The notes under the pieces were generated by a model. It was not told the DNA's origin and did no database searches. It saw nothing but the letters and a program-made list of their open reading frames with translations. Below are positions 32,243-42,432 of a DNA stretch of 64,000 nt, piece by piece. The DNA is taken from contig CP122380.1 of assembly GCA_024650005.2 (NCBI GenBank), positions 768,001 to 832,000 of the forward strand, in the 5' to 3' direction. Every line of letters starts with the position of its first letter. Positions within the stretch are counted from its first letter, which is position 1. The DNA is from Candidatus Bathyarchaeum tardum (GTDB lineage Archaea > Thermoproteota > Bathyarchaeia > Bathyarchaeales > Bathyarchaeaceae). The position numbers and the translations under genes are program-made.

Positions 32243-32884
32243 ATGAATCCCGAAAATAAGCAACAAAAAATAATGGATCAGTTTAAGTGCCCAATAGGGA
32301 TTGAAGGTCAAACAGTTGCCAAGATAATGAACCGCAGCCACCGCGCTCTTACCGATTGGGGGTTAAAAAAAGTAAAAATCAGGTCTGATTATCTCATTTT
32401 GGACATAGGTTGCGGAGGTGGCAAAACAATAAGCAAACTGGCAGAGCAGGCTGTTCACGGGAAAGTTTTTGGAATCGACTATTCCGGAGATATGGTAGAT
32501 TATTCGAGACAAATAAACAAGCAACTAATCGACCAAAATCGAGTTTCTATAGTCCAATGCTCAGTTGATAAAACTGGTTTTCCTGATAGTTTTTTTGATT
32601 TAATAACCGCCATTGAAACTTATTATTTTTGGCCAAATCTTGCAGAAGCTTTTGAAGAAATAAAACGTCTTTTGAAGCCAAACGGAAAACTTGTATTGAT
32701 AAACGAGATGATAAAAGATGGAGTTTACGAAGTTGAGAACGCCGAAGTTATTGCAAAAACTGAAGTAAAACTTCTTTCTTTGCCTGATATTCAGAAGATT
32801 TTGCAGTCTACAGGATTCAAAAAAGTTGAAGTGTTCACAAAAGCCGATTCTGCATGGAACGTAGTTATTGCTCAGAAATGTTAA
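32243..32884 (+). CDS. Class I SAM-dependent methyltransferase
   Basis: ILDIGCGGG, GIDYS, FDLITAIET.YFW, RLLKPNG. Confidence 0.92.
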   Translation: MNPENKQQKIMDQFKCPIGIEGQTVAKIMNRSHRALTDWGLKKVKIRSDYLILDIGCGGGKTISKLAEQAVHGKVFGIDYSGDMVDYSRQINKQLIDQNRVSIVQCSVDKTGFPDSFFDLITAIETYYFWPNLAEAFEEIKRLLKPNGKLVLINEMIKDGVYEVENAEVIAKTEVKLLSLPDIQKILQSTGFKKVEVFTKADSAWNVVIAQKC

Positions 32885-33149
32885 CTTGTCGTTGATTTGG
32901 TCTGAGAAAACGTTGCTGTAACTATAAATTGCATGTTTTGAAAGCAATGATTTGTGTTTGAACATGATTTTGTTAAAGTTCATTGATTGCGGGGTTGTTG
33001 TTATTAAGTGAATTTTGATGTTTTTGTGTTTTGAATTAATATCCGGATAATGTTCAGAGAATTATATTTCATTTTTAGGTTGTGCCGGTTGTGTAAAAGT
33101 TGTTTTGTTTTTTGTTTTCGTTTTAAGTTTTTGTGTGGTGAAGTTTTTT

Positions 33150-33307
33150 GTTGACAACCCCCTATTGTTGTTTTGCTCTCTTTGGATGTCTGCTCTGCGC
33201 GCGTAAATCCTATAACTGTATTATCTCGATTACGAGATACCCAAAACTTGGTTTTCCCCTAGGTGTCGTGGTACAGGCACCAATGAGGGCATCCCTTCCT
33301 GTCAAAG
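33150..33307 (+). ncRNA. Candidate structured non-coding element
   Basis: GC-richer patch in an AT-rich gap. Long closing stem gctctc-t-ttgg-a-tgtctg / caggca-ccaa-t-gagggc with G-U pairs on the + strand; inner hairpins tatctcg/cgagata and ccaa/ttgg. Confidence 0.35.
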
Positions 33308-33828
33308 TTAAACTACAGTCATAATTTTGATTTAGCTGAAAATTTTTAGATTTTTTAGTTTTGTTATATTTGGGGTGTTTTGTCCGTCTTTGTCGTTTTA
33401 TATTGTTTGTTTAACTCCTCTTTTGTTGCCGCATTTAGGTGTAAGGGGGTTTCGTGTTCTAGGTTGCAGTTGTTATTTTCAGTGTTATGCCTCATTTGAA
33501 TTCATTATTTTTGTTACATGTACAGTATGAAGTTGAGAATATGAAACCATGGGCTACTTCAACTGTTTTTGGAAAGTGAAAAAAACATTTTGATTTTTGA
33601 CACAGGTAAACTTTTGTTGCTTGAATGGGATTGGTTGGTGGTTATGTTTTTACTTTTTTGCAGTAGTTCATAGGGGTTGTTGCTTGATTGAATTTTGCTT
33701 CTAATTACTATTTCTGTAATTTTTATTATTTATGAATTGTTTTTTGGTGTATTGTATTTCTGTTCTACACTTACACAATAATCTTTATTAAGAAACACGA
33801 TTTAAGATATTTATTATAGGTGAAATAC

Positions 33829-34485
33829 ATGCCCAATCCAGGACAAGAATTATCAAGCATAGATTTTGAGTCAATGATAGGTGGTCCCTTAGTAGCAGTT
33901 ATTAACGCTCAAGCCCAAGCTGCAATGTCTACAGTGAATTTCATAAAAGAGGTAGGATTTAAAAAACCAAAAACTCTAGGAATTGCAGGAGAAGACACCA
34001 GCACAGAAGAGCCAATATATGTTACTTTCAAATACCCCAAAGAGTTAAGCCCATACCAACCCGCAACCCCAGGTGACCCCGATGCTGATCCAGCAATTCC
34101 ACCAACAGATGCAGTGCCAGCAGTTTATGAAACCCAACAACTTCAAGTGCCCCTGTTGACCCTTTTGCCAATTCCATTTATCAGGGTTGAAGAAACCACA
34201 GTAGACTTTAACGCAAAAATAAATTCTATATCATATCGAAAAACAGACACTAATTTAAAAGTTGACGCTTCAACCGAGGCAAAAGCTGGTTGGCTATTTG
34301 GATCAGCCAAACTAAAAGTGTCAACGTCTTTTCAGCGCAAAACCCAACAAGGAAACACAATAAACAGAACATATTCTTTGGCGGTTCACGTTAAAGCGGT
34401 TCAAGATGAAATGCCTGCAGGAATGGAAAAGATGTTAAGCATCCTTGAAGGCGCAATAACATCAACCCCAGCAGCCACTGCCTAA
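33829..34485 (+). CDS. DUF2589-type protein
   Basis: ELSSIDFESMIGGPLVAVINAQ...FIKEVGF; VPLLTLLPIPFIRV...DFNAKI; YSLAVHVKAVQDEMPAGMEKML. Confidence 0.8.
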   Translation: MPNPGQELSSIDFESMIGGPLVAVINAQAQAAMSTVNFIKEVGFKKPKTLGIAGEDTSTEEPIYVTFKYPKELSPYQPATPGDPDADPAIPPTDAVPAVYETQQLQVPLLTLLPIPFIRVEETTVDFNAKINSISYRKTDTNLKVDASTEAKAGWLFGSAKLKVSTSFQRKTQQGNTINRTYSLAVHVKAVQDEMPAGMEKMLSILEGAITSTPAATA

Positions 34486-34523
34486 TTCGCCTCCATTTTC
34501 CTTTTTTGTTAGGAGTAAATCAA

Positions 34524-35207
34524 ATGCCAAATCTTGGAGATTATTTGGGTCATCTAATTTCTGAAATAACAATTGCAAGAATGCAAGCAGACATTGAAGC
34601 TGTTAGAGTTGCTGAATTGTATTCAAATCATCCATTGCTAAAGAATATGCCAATTCCACATTTTCGTTTGCCAAATGTCGAGTTGGATGTTCCCGTTGTG
34701 ATTAAAAATTTGGAAGCGTCAAACTCTGAAAAGGCACCCCGTGGAGCTCCATCTCTTGAAGAAAGTCGGGTTGTGTTCAATAAAGTTTTGGCTAAAACCC
34801 TTAGTGAAGAAAAAATTCGGTTAACTTCAGTGCAAAACCGAACTTTGAAGAAAGCTCTTGACGAAAATATTGTGTCTTTAACACAACCAAAAGAAGTTTC
34901 TGTGGATCTTAACAGAGTTGCCAAAGAGTTGAGCAATACTGTATCTGAAAATCTAATTTCTTCGGGAGTGGATGTTAAAACTAAAGAAAAAATTGAAAAT
35001 AAAATCAACGAGTTAGCACGGGTTGAGCTTTTAAAGCTTAGAAAAGAGCCTTCACGGTTAAAAGTTCTTGTGAACACTTCAGAGATTCGTGAGGCTGGAC
35101 CTATTGAAGCTATTACTAGATTGCATTTGAAGATTTCTGAAGAAGCTTTTGAGTGGACAAGTATTGAATCAGAGGGGAAAAAGTTAGACCGTTTAGTTAT
35201 AGAGTAG
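34524..35207 (+). CDS. Hypothetical protein, probable divergent paralog of the DUF2589 gene
   Basis: LGHLISEITIAR...MPIPHFRLPNVELDVP parallels GGPLVAVINAQ...LPIPFIRVEETTVDF. Confidence 0.65.
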   Translation: MPNLGDYLGHLISEITIARMQADIEAVRVAELYSNHPLLKNMPIPHFRLPNVELDVPVVIKNLEASNSEKAPRGAPSLEESRVVFNKVLAKTLSEEKIRLTSVQNRTLKKALDENIVSLTQPKEVSVDLNRVAKELSNTVSENLISSGVDVKTKEKIENKINELARVELLKLRKEPSRLKVLVNTSEIREAGPIEAITRLHLKISEEAFEWTSIESEGKKLDRLVIE

Positions 35208-35214
35208 ATTTTTC

Positions 35215-35790
35215 ATGTTGCGGATTGTTAACCTAGAAGAAATTCAAAATCAGCTTTTGCAGATTCCGGTTATTGTTGAACTTGGTGAGCGGGGAGATTT
35301 TGGTTTTGTTTCTTCTGTTAAGAGGTGGTTAATACAAATGGAGCAGATTTTGAAAAATAATAAATTGTGTGTTTCTGCAAATGTTGCCGGATTAAGGGCA
35401 ATGGTAATTTCTGCTGAACTGGGAACAATTCCTGTGGGAATTAATTTTAAGGGTCGGGTTACTAAAAGAAAAGTGCGGGAAGCAGTTGCCAGTCAGTCTA
35501 TTACAAGTGCAGTAGATATTGTTTCTGATAGAATTGGAAAAGATATTGAAAGAATTGAGGATGCTGAGAGAATAACCAGACAGTTGATTTCAATTGCTAA
35601 GCGTAAAGGATTGATTGCTGAATTACCTCGAGGAAATAATTTTAGTGATGCATTAAAGTCAATTTGGAAAAGCATGTCTGCTGACCCTGTTTTGGTGCAG
35701 GGCTTGACAAGTGTTGAAGGGCTTGTAGGTCCCCATGATGCTTTGATATTGTTGGATCGAGCTATTGTTGCTGATAAAGAAAAAAATTAA
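35215..35790 (+). CDS. Hypothetical helical protein, third gene of the DUF2589 operon
   Basis: 191-aa ORF starting 7 nt after the previous stop. Confidence 0.7.
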   Translation: MLRIVNLEEIQNQLLQIPVIVELGERGDFGFVSSVKRWLIQMEQILKNNKLCVSANVAGLRAMVISAELGTIPVGINFKGRVTKRKVREAVASQSITSAVDIVSDRIGKDIERIEDAERITRQLISIAKRKGLIAELPRGNNFSDALKSIWKSMSADPVLVQGLTSVEGLVGPHDALILLDRAIVADKEKN

Positions 35791-35814
35791 GGTTAGTGTT
35801 GAATTAAAATTCAA

Positions 35815-37284
35815 CTATTTTCTTTTTATGTAAACTATTACGATTCCAAGTAGAATCAAAATTGTTGCTCCAGTAAGAATGATTATTTGATGGTTTTGAT
35901 CTGTTGAATTTGTTCTGGAAGCAATAGACCATATGCGCAAGTTAGGATCACATGCTCCTGATTCGCCCATGCAACCCACCGTGATTATTTCAACTGTATT
36001 GTCGTTATCAATGTCCCCTGTTCCTAAGTTCCAGGCTACCACGCCGTCTCCAACCGTCCAGTCTTTGGATAGTTTTAGCACCAAATTATGACCATTCCAA
36101 CTCCATATTCTTAATTGGGCATGGTCTGGATTGCATTCAGTGTTATTGAAGCTTCCATAAACAGAGGTTAACCCGCTTGTAACGATTTCAACCTGATTAT
36201 CCTTGTCAACATCGCTTAGAGAAACTGATTTTATTTCAGTAATGTCTTCTGAAATCCATTCATGGCTGTTTTCTAAAGATAAACGGTCTCCATCCCAGCT
36301 CCAAATTCTGAGTTGTGCATTGAAAACTGAGCCGTCATATGTCCACCCGCCGGTGATTATTTCGGGAACTCCGTCGGAATCCACGTCCCCTACTTTAAGA
36401 TCATTAACTGCAGTGTTTCCCATGGGCTGTCCGCTAATTGTAACGCCATAAGCGTTGGGGATAGTTTGCCATTCCATGTTGGTTTGTAAAACTAGTTGGT
36501 TGCCGTTCCACCTCCAAATGCGAAGTTGTCCAGTGCTGTTGGTTAATCCGTTATCAAAACCTGCTGTTATTATTTCGATTTCATTATCGTTGTTTAGATC
36601 GGAAGCAAAAACTGAATATGCGTACGCTTCTGTGGACGAGGACCATTCTTGGCTGTCTAACAAGGTTAATTTGTTTTCTTTCCATTGGAAAATTGATAAT
36701 TGGGCTAAAGATTGGTTTTCTTTTATTGTTCTACCTGCTGTTAAGATCACTGGTTTTTGGTCATCATTTAGTTTTGTTACAAAAATTGAGTGTGCAGATA
36801 TTCCGTCATAAGTGCCTTTTTGGGCAATTTCGAATCCGTCATAGGTCCAGATGTTAATTTGAGAGATTTGATTTGAGGTATTCCTTGCTGTTCCTCCTGT
36901 GATAATTTCTGTTAATCCATCATTGTCAATATCACTTGCGTGGACTGTTCGGATTGAACCGTTCCAGGTTTGGGTGTTTTCACAAACTAGTTCTTTGCCG
37001 TTCCAATTCCAAATTTTTAGAGGTGCTTCAAAACTAATTCGGGTGTTGTTTTCCGTTTTATAGCTGAATCCTCCTGTTATCAATTCTTGTGTTCCATCGT
37101 TGTCTATGTCGCCAACAAAGAAATTGTCGGTTCCATAACAGCAAGTTCCGCCTTTGCCATAAGTGTCCCAATGTTGTTCCCACTCCAAGATTAAGTCAGA
37201 TTGGGCGATAGTTTTTGTGCATCCTAAGCTTAGGGATAAAACAAGAAAAACTACAAACATGCAATGTTTACTTTGTGTTTTCAT
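35815..37284 (-). CDS. Secreted FG-GAP/VCBS-repeat protein with C-terminal TM anchor
   Basis: Repeated GDIDNDG..EI(I/V)T.G and QLRIW.W.G units. Confidence 0.85.
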   Translation of the reverse strand: MKTQSKHCMFVVFLVLSLSLGCTKTIAQSDLILEWEQHWDTYGKGGTCCYGTDNFFVGDIDNDGTQELITGGFSYKTENNTRISFEAPLKIWNWNGKELVCENTQTWNGSIRTVHASDIDNDGLTEIITGGTARNTSNQISQINIWTYDGFEIAQKGTYDGISAHSIFVTKLNDDQKPVILTAGRTIKENQSLAQLSIFQWKENKLTLLDSQEWSSSTEAYAYSVFASDLNNDNEIEIITAGFDNGLTNSTGQLRIWRWNGNQLVLQTNMEWQTIPNAYGVTISGQPMGNTAVNDLKVGDVDSDGVPEIITGGWTYDGSVFNAQLRIWSWDGDRLSLENSHEWISEDITEIKSVSLSDVDKDNQVEIVTSGLTSVYGSFNNTECNPDHAQLRIWSWNGHNLVLKLSKDWTVGDGVVAWNLGTGDIDNDNTVEIITVGCMGESGACDPNLRIWSIASRTNSTDQNHQIIILTGATILILLGIVIVYIKRK

Positions 37285-37375
37285 GAATTGTTTTTAGTTT
37301 AAAGAGAATATATTTTTTTCTTTTATTATTCAAAAAATTGGTTTAAAAAAAAGAAAAAGGAGAGTTTTTAGGTCA

Positions 37376-37846
37376 TTATTTTGTTTTTTTGTGACCTACG
37401 ATAACGAAGGCTGATGCAATCGTTGCAAGGGCAACTAACAGAACTGCTGCGCCCATTGTCGGAGTTTCAGTTGATATTGTTTTTGGTGCAATTAGAGGTT
37501 GAGAGTTTTCTTCGTTGCCTATCTGGGTAATTCCAAGATCTGAGCCGTCTTCAGGTTTTACAAAGTCGATTTCTTGGTCATCAGTTACGGTTAAGTCGCC
37601 ATTTTCAGGCATTATTCGAACTTGTGTAATTCCAATGTCTGATCCATCTTCAGGTTTTACAAAGTCAACATCTTGGTTATCGATTCTAACAATGTCCTCG
37701 GGTAGCATAGGGTTTATTTTTGCATTGTCAATGTTTTCTGATGTTGCTTGCACCATAGAGATTGCTGTTACTTGTAAGATAGTGGCAATCATCAAGGTGC
37801 AAATTACTATTTTTGTTAGTTTTGTTTTTGAAAGATTTCCTTTCAT
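37376..37846 (-). CDS. Small exported membrane-anchored protein with an internal duplication
   Basis: Signal peptide, two copies of Q.(V/I)DFVKPEDGSD(I/L)GITQ, C-terminal TM. Confidence 0.7.
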   Translation of the reverse strand: MKGNLSKTKLTKIVICTLMIATILQVTAISMVQATSENIDNAKINPMLPEDIVRIDNQDVDFVKPEDGSDIGITQVRIMPENGDLTVTDDQEIDFVKPEDGSDLGITQIGNEENSQPLIAPKTISTETPTMGAAVLLVALATIASAFVIVGHKKTK

Positions 37847-38017
37847 TGTTTTTCACTGATCAAATCGAGAAGTCATAAATTGTTTATTATCCCACGCATT
37901 GGAACATAATGAACTAAAAGTTAGGTCAAAGCGTTCTATTTTTTGGACATTAAAAATTTTGGAAAACGTGATGAAATTTGTTTCAAGGAAGACAACACGA
38001 ACTGCAAAGTCTTTGGT

Positions 38018-38803
38018 TTAGCATCGGTTTTTTGTGTTGTTTCCATAAAGGTTGCTTTTTTGTTTTTTCAGGTTCCAGACTAACGTTGAGGCATTCCATA
38101 AATCTGTGCATGAATTTATGTTCATGTTTGAGCCCTTGATAAATTCTCCAAATGCACGTTTTTCTGTTGCGACCAGTTTTATTACATCTGTGATTTCAAT
38201 TTCGTTTCTAACCCTTGAAGCTGGGGTTCTTTGAATGTAGTCATATATGCTGTTTTGAAAAAAGTATATTCCGCAGCCCCTTATGTTTGAACAAGGCACT
38301 TTTGGTTTTTCGATAATTTCAGTTATTTGTTTATTTTTGTTTAGTTTTACGCAGCAAGTAGCTTTGATTATTTCCTTGTTTTCTTCTTTTACTACGCCTT
38401 CTAAAGCTATCGCACGTTTTTCATGAAAAGTGCTTAAAAGATTTTGAAGAGACTCAGCGATGGTACAATCATCTGCTAGCATCACCATGAACGGTTCGTT
38501 AATATGTTCTTTGGTCAACATTATTGCGTTGGCAATTCCAAGGAGTTTTTTTTGTTCAATAAATTTAAGTTCTGCATCGATTTGGTTTTCTATTAATTCA
38601 AAATATTCTTTGATTTTGTCTTTTTGATAGTTGACGATGATGTAAATAGTTTTGACTCCAAGGTCAACCATTTTTTCAACATTAGCATGAATAAACGGTT
38701 TGTCATAAATTGGGAACAAACATTTTGGCAAAATGTGGCTTAGATATCCCATTCGTGTACCTCTCCCTGCAGCCGGAATGACTCCATACTGTATTTTACT
38801 CAT
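38018..38803 (-). CDS. Sugar-phosphate nucleotidyltransferase (glucose-1-phosphate thymidylyltransferase-like)
   Basis: GVIPAAGRGTRM...PKCLFPI, Q...LGIANAI, EKP, RNEIEITD. Confidence 0.88.
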   Translation of the reverse strand: MSKIQYGVIPAAGRGTRMGYLSHILPKCLFPIYDKPFIHANVEKMVDLGVKTIYIIVNYQKDKIKEYFELIENQIDAELKFIEQKKLLGIANAIMLTKEHINEPFMVMLADDCTIAESLQNLLSTFHEKRAIALEGVVKEENKEIIKATCCVKLNKNKQITEIIEKPKVPCSNIRGCGIYFFQNSIYDYIQRTPASRVRNEIEITDVIKLVATEKRAFGEFIKGSNMNINSCTDLWNASTLVWNLKKQKSNLYGNNTKNRC

Positions 38804-39306
38804 AGTCTGTTCACCATGGACTGATATTATTTTAACAATTTATGGTTAATCAAGTTTTCAGTTTTTGGTTCATTTTTTATTCTCATTATTACTGTTTTTG
38901 AATTGCCTTTTAGTTGATGTTTTAGCTACCTGAAAACGTTGCTGTAACCGAGAACAAATTCTGGAGAATAATTAGGATTAAGGAAGTTAATGTGTTGATT
39001 TGTATCTAAGTGCAAAATGTTATCGCTTATTTTTGTTTTGTTGCTTGTTAAGAGATGCTAAAAGTCTTGCAGATCAAATAGGTGTTGTTCGGGTTTTGTT
39101 AGTTCTTCTTTTTGATCGATTTTTTGGTCACGATTGCTTAGTTTTCTTTGTTTAGGTGTCCTTGGAAGTTTTGTGCTTTGTTTTTTAAGTTATGGAATAT
39201 TTTTTGACGGCCTTATTTGGTTAGTTTACTCAATTTTTTATGAATATTCTGGTTTGTTTGTTACTTGATGTTTAATTGTATATTTTGTATCTGTTTTTTC
39301 TAAGAC

Positions 39307-40566
39307 TTATGTTCTGCTGTTGGATATTTTCATTATTATCAGGGATATCGCCAAGAAAGTTGTTGCTAATCCAAAAGTTGTTGAGTATCCAAAAATGATG
39401 GAAATTTCTCCAGATAATATTGATCCTGTTAATAAGCCGACACCTGTTGTTGCTCCGAATATTCCGAGATAGTATCCTCTTCGTTTAATGGGTAATAGTT
39501 TGAATAAAATTAGAGATGTTGATGTGCTGTATATGGAAAATGCTCCATCCATGGCGATAAAAGCAAAGATGATAACGAAAAGAAGGGCAGGGGTATTAAG
39601 ATAAACTGCAGCAATTACTGTTAAAACGGTTCCAAAGATTCGGGGCAGAAACGAAAGTAAAGTTGCTTTTTTTTCACCATATTTATCAACAAATTTAGAT
39701 GCGAAAATAAATGCTACTGCTTGGGTCAAATATAGTGTTAAGTAAATTGCAAAAATTAACGCGTCTGAGATCATGTTTTGTTTCAGAAATGGGCTTATTG
39801 CTGTGAAGTACATTCCGCTGGAAGCATAAAAAAAGAATGCTGAAAACAAAAAGAGTGGAAAGCCCTGCAAAATGCTGATTTTTAGCATTTTTATTAATGT
39901 GTCGACTTCCTTTAGGGAAGGCAGTTTGGGTAAAATTACTGGGTTTCTTCGAATCCTGTGAAACAGGCTAGAGGGCAACTTGTAAATCATGTTTCGTTCA
40001 AATTGTATTTTGGGTTCTGATATGCATGTTTGAGCTATTATGGTTCCTAAAATTCCAAAGATTAAACATGCCAAAAAATATTGTTGAAGCCCGAAAAGGG
40101 CGATCCAAAATACTCCAAATGTTACTGCAAGTATCATTCCGAAAACTGAAACAAGTTGGATTTGTGAAAACATTTTGCCCCAGTCTTTTTTGTTTGCAGT
40201 TTCTATGACTAAAAGATTTATTGCAGGTTGTGAACCTTGGCGCATAAATCCTACGAATGCGTAAAGTATAGCAACAATTACAAGGTTTGTTGTCCAGTAA
40301 AGTAGTAAAATGCCTATGACCATTCCCAAATAGGAAATAACGATTATTTGTTTTCTTTTTCCAAAGATGTCGATTAAATATCCCCAAAATAATGCAGAGA
40401 TGATTAATGCAATATTGAAAAGAGAAATAGTGAAAGCAACGTCTAAAACTGTGCCTTCTTGAAAGATTATGTACAACGGTAAAAGAGTCCCTAATCCTGT
40501 GAAGCAAGCTGTAGAAAATAATGAAGATAAAATCCAAAGGTTTTGTTTCATACGACGACAGTCCAA
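39307..40566 (-). CDS. MFS transporter
   Basis: About 12 TM helices; WGYLIDIFGKRK motif A. Confidence 0.88.
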   Translation of the reverse strand: MDCRRMKQNLWILSSLFSTACFTGLGTLLPLYIIFQEGTVLDVAFTISLFNIALIISALFWGYLIDIFGKRKQIIVISYLGMVIGILLLYWTTNLVIVAILYAFVGFMRQGSQPAINLLVIETANKKDWGKMFSQIQLVSVFGMILAVTFGVFWIALFGLQQYFLACLIFGILGTIIAQTCISEPKIQFERNMIYKLPSSLFHRIRRNPVILPKLPSLKEVDTLIKMLKISILQGFPLFLFSAFFFYASSGMYFTAISPFLKQNMISDALIFAIYLTLYLTQAVAFIFASKFVDKYGEKKATLLSFLPRIFGTVLTVIAAVYLNTPALLFVIIFAFIAMDGAFSIYSTSTSLILFKLLPIKRRGYYLGIFGATTGVGLLTGSILSGEISIIFGYSTTFGLATTFLAISLIIMKISNSRT

Positions 40567-41130
40567 TAGAATGGTTAGACAAATTTTTTGGTCATATTCT
40601 ATTATTTGGTCTTAAAACGCCAAAAATAGTTGTTGTTGGAACTTAGATAAAAGGAATTAAGAACGTTCAGATAAGATTTGTTTAATTTAATTTTTTTTAG
40701 TATATTATTTTTTGTGAACATTTTTCCATGCATTCGGTTCTAGTATTATCAATCAAAGTAATGCTGTATGTTTAGGGTTTTCAAATTTTATCGTTAATTA
40801 TTGCAGCTTGTTTGTAAAGCAAATTTAGTTCAAACTGTTGATGCTAACAAGCCATTAATTTCAGTGGATTAGATGGACTTCATTTTTTATGTATAGCTGA
40901 AAAAGTTTATAAAAATATTGATGAATAAAGGATACTAATTTTTCGTTTATTAGGTTCTTGTTTGAATTCAGTCAAAAATGATGTTTTTTGAAGGAAAAGC
41001 TGAGTTTAACCCAGAAGTTTTTGTAAATGAACCTGGCTTTTTTGTTGTTTAATTGTTGAAGAATCACCATATTTTTGATGCAAATTAAAATTAGGTACTT
41101 TTTGTATAGTAATTAATGAGGTTTTTTAAA

Positions 41131-41340
41131 ATGAGTGTCGTGAAAGTTATCGAGTTGATAGGTTGTTCGCCTAAAAATTGGGAAGAAGCAACAAAAAATG
41201 CCCTTGCAGAAGCGGCGAAGACGATAAAAAACATCAAATCAATTTACGTGAAAGCAGTTAGTGCTAACGTGGAAAACAATCAAATCGTTGAATACAAAGC
41301 AATAGTCAAAATTTCTTTTGTTGTGGATCACCAACTTTAA
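41131..41340 (+). CDS. Dodecin family protein
   Basis: MSVVKVIELIGCSPKNWEEA...EYKAIVKISF. Confidence 0.9.
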   Translation: MSVVKVIELIGCSPKNWEEATKNALAEAAKTIKNIKSIYVKAVSANVENNQIVEYKAIVKISFVVDHQL

Positions 41341-41468
41341 ATGTTAGGAATATTTTCCTAACTTTTCTTTTTTTGATTTTGTTTCCTTTTTTTTAAATGA
41401 CTTTTGACTTGGTTTCTGGTTAATTATATCGTATTTGTATTAGATGATTTTATTGGATTTTTTCTTAT

Positions 41469-41525
41469 TTTATTTGGGAACAAGTACTCTGCCTTTTTGG
41501 TCAATTTTGGCGATGTCTTCACTTA
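41469..41525 (-). pseudogene. Relic of an AbrB/MazE-type antitoxin N-terminus
   Basis: Minus strand reads SEDIAKIDQKGRVLVPK then stop. Confidence 0.5.
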
Positions 41526-41801
41526 TTGTTTTTTCCCTCTTTTTTAAGAATTCCACATGAGTAGTGGCTCGAAGATCAACAAGTGTAATTGTTGTTTCTG
41601 GTTCTGGATATGTTGTTATGCCGACAACGAGTTTAGTTTATAGTTAGTTATGCTGTTTTCTAAATCACATATAGTTTATTATTTTTTCAGATGAACTAGA
41701 TCCGTTTGAGAATCTTAGTGAAACAGGTTAAGGTTATGTTAAATGTCTTTTGAGAAATTGTTTAATAATTGTTGGTTGCTTAGAATTTGTGGTGTCATCT
41801 A

Positions 41802-42008
41802 GTGACAATAGCTGTAGACAAAGAGGAGATTCAATTAGTGCTTGACAGATTGGACACAGTTAAGCTTGAGCTTTTGCGGCTTAGGGCGTTGCTTTTGCCT
41901 GAGGAAGATGCAACTGAAGAAGACAAAAAAGAGCTACAAGAAGCAAAAAATGAAATTGCGAATGGTTCAAAAGTCAAGCTTGAAGATTTGATTGAAGAAC
42001 TGTGTTGA
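41802..42008 (+). CDS. Putative antitoxin upstream of RelE
   Basis: Acidic ~68-aa protein directly before a RelE gene; start uncertain. Confidence 0.7.
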   Translation: MTIAVDKEEIQLVLDRLDTVKLELLRLRALLLPEEDATEEDKKELQEAKNEIANGSKVKLEDLIEELC

Positions 42009-42015
42009 TTTTCTT

Positions 42016-42279
42016 TTGTTTCATGTTATTATTTCCCAAAAAGCCAGAAAAGCTTCAAAGAGATTACCTAAAAAATATAGATATCGGATAATTGAGCTTC
42101 TGCGGTTTTTTCGTGAAAATCCTGTTCCTGCCGAATGGTATGATATAAAGAAACTAAAAGGATATACAGATACGTACCGCGCAAGAATCGGTGATTTAAG
42201 AATAATCTATGAAATCGCATGGCATCAAAAAAGTGTGCACATATTAGTAATTAAAAGAAGAGAAAATGTGTACTCTTAA
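42016..42279 (+). CDS. relE: RelE/ParE family toxin
   Basis: IKKLKGYTDTYRARIGDLRIIYEI...RRENVY; start uncertain. Confidence 0.88.
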   Translation: MFHVIISQKARKASKRLPKKYRYRIIELLRFFRENPVPAEWYDIKKLKGYTDTYRARIGDLRIIYEIAWHQKSVHILVIKRRENVYS

Positions 42280-42289
42280 ACTGGAAAAA

Positions 42290-42432
42290 ATGGATGTTGT
42301 TATATTTGGTTCCTGATGTGTTTTTGTAATTACAGCAACTGTTTTGGACGAAATTAAGTAGTTGTTGTTTTTGGTACAGGAAAAATCACAACAACTATTG
42401 GTTTAAGGGTTCTATTAGAACCTGGGATTTTG
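42290..42432 (+). repeat. Modular intergenic repeat (degenerate; hairpin tagttgttg/caacaacta at 42359-42397)
   Basis: Aligns by eye with the copies at 50665, 56405, 57133, 59003 and 62428. Confidence 0.7.
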
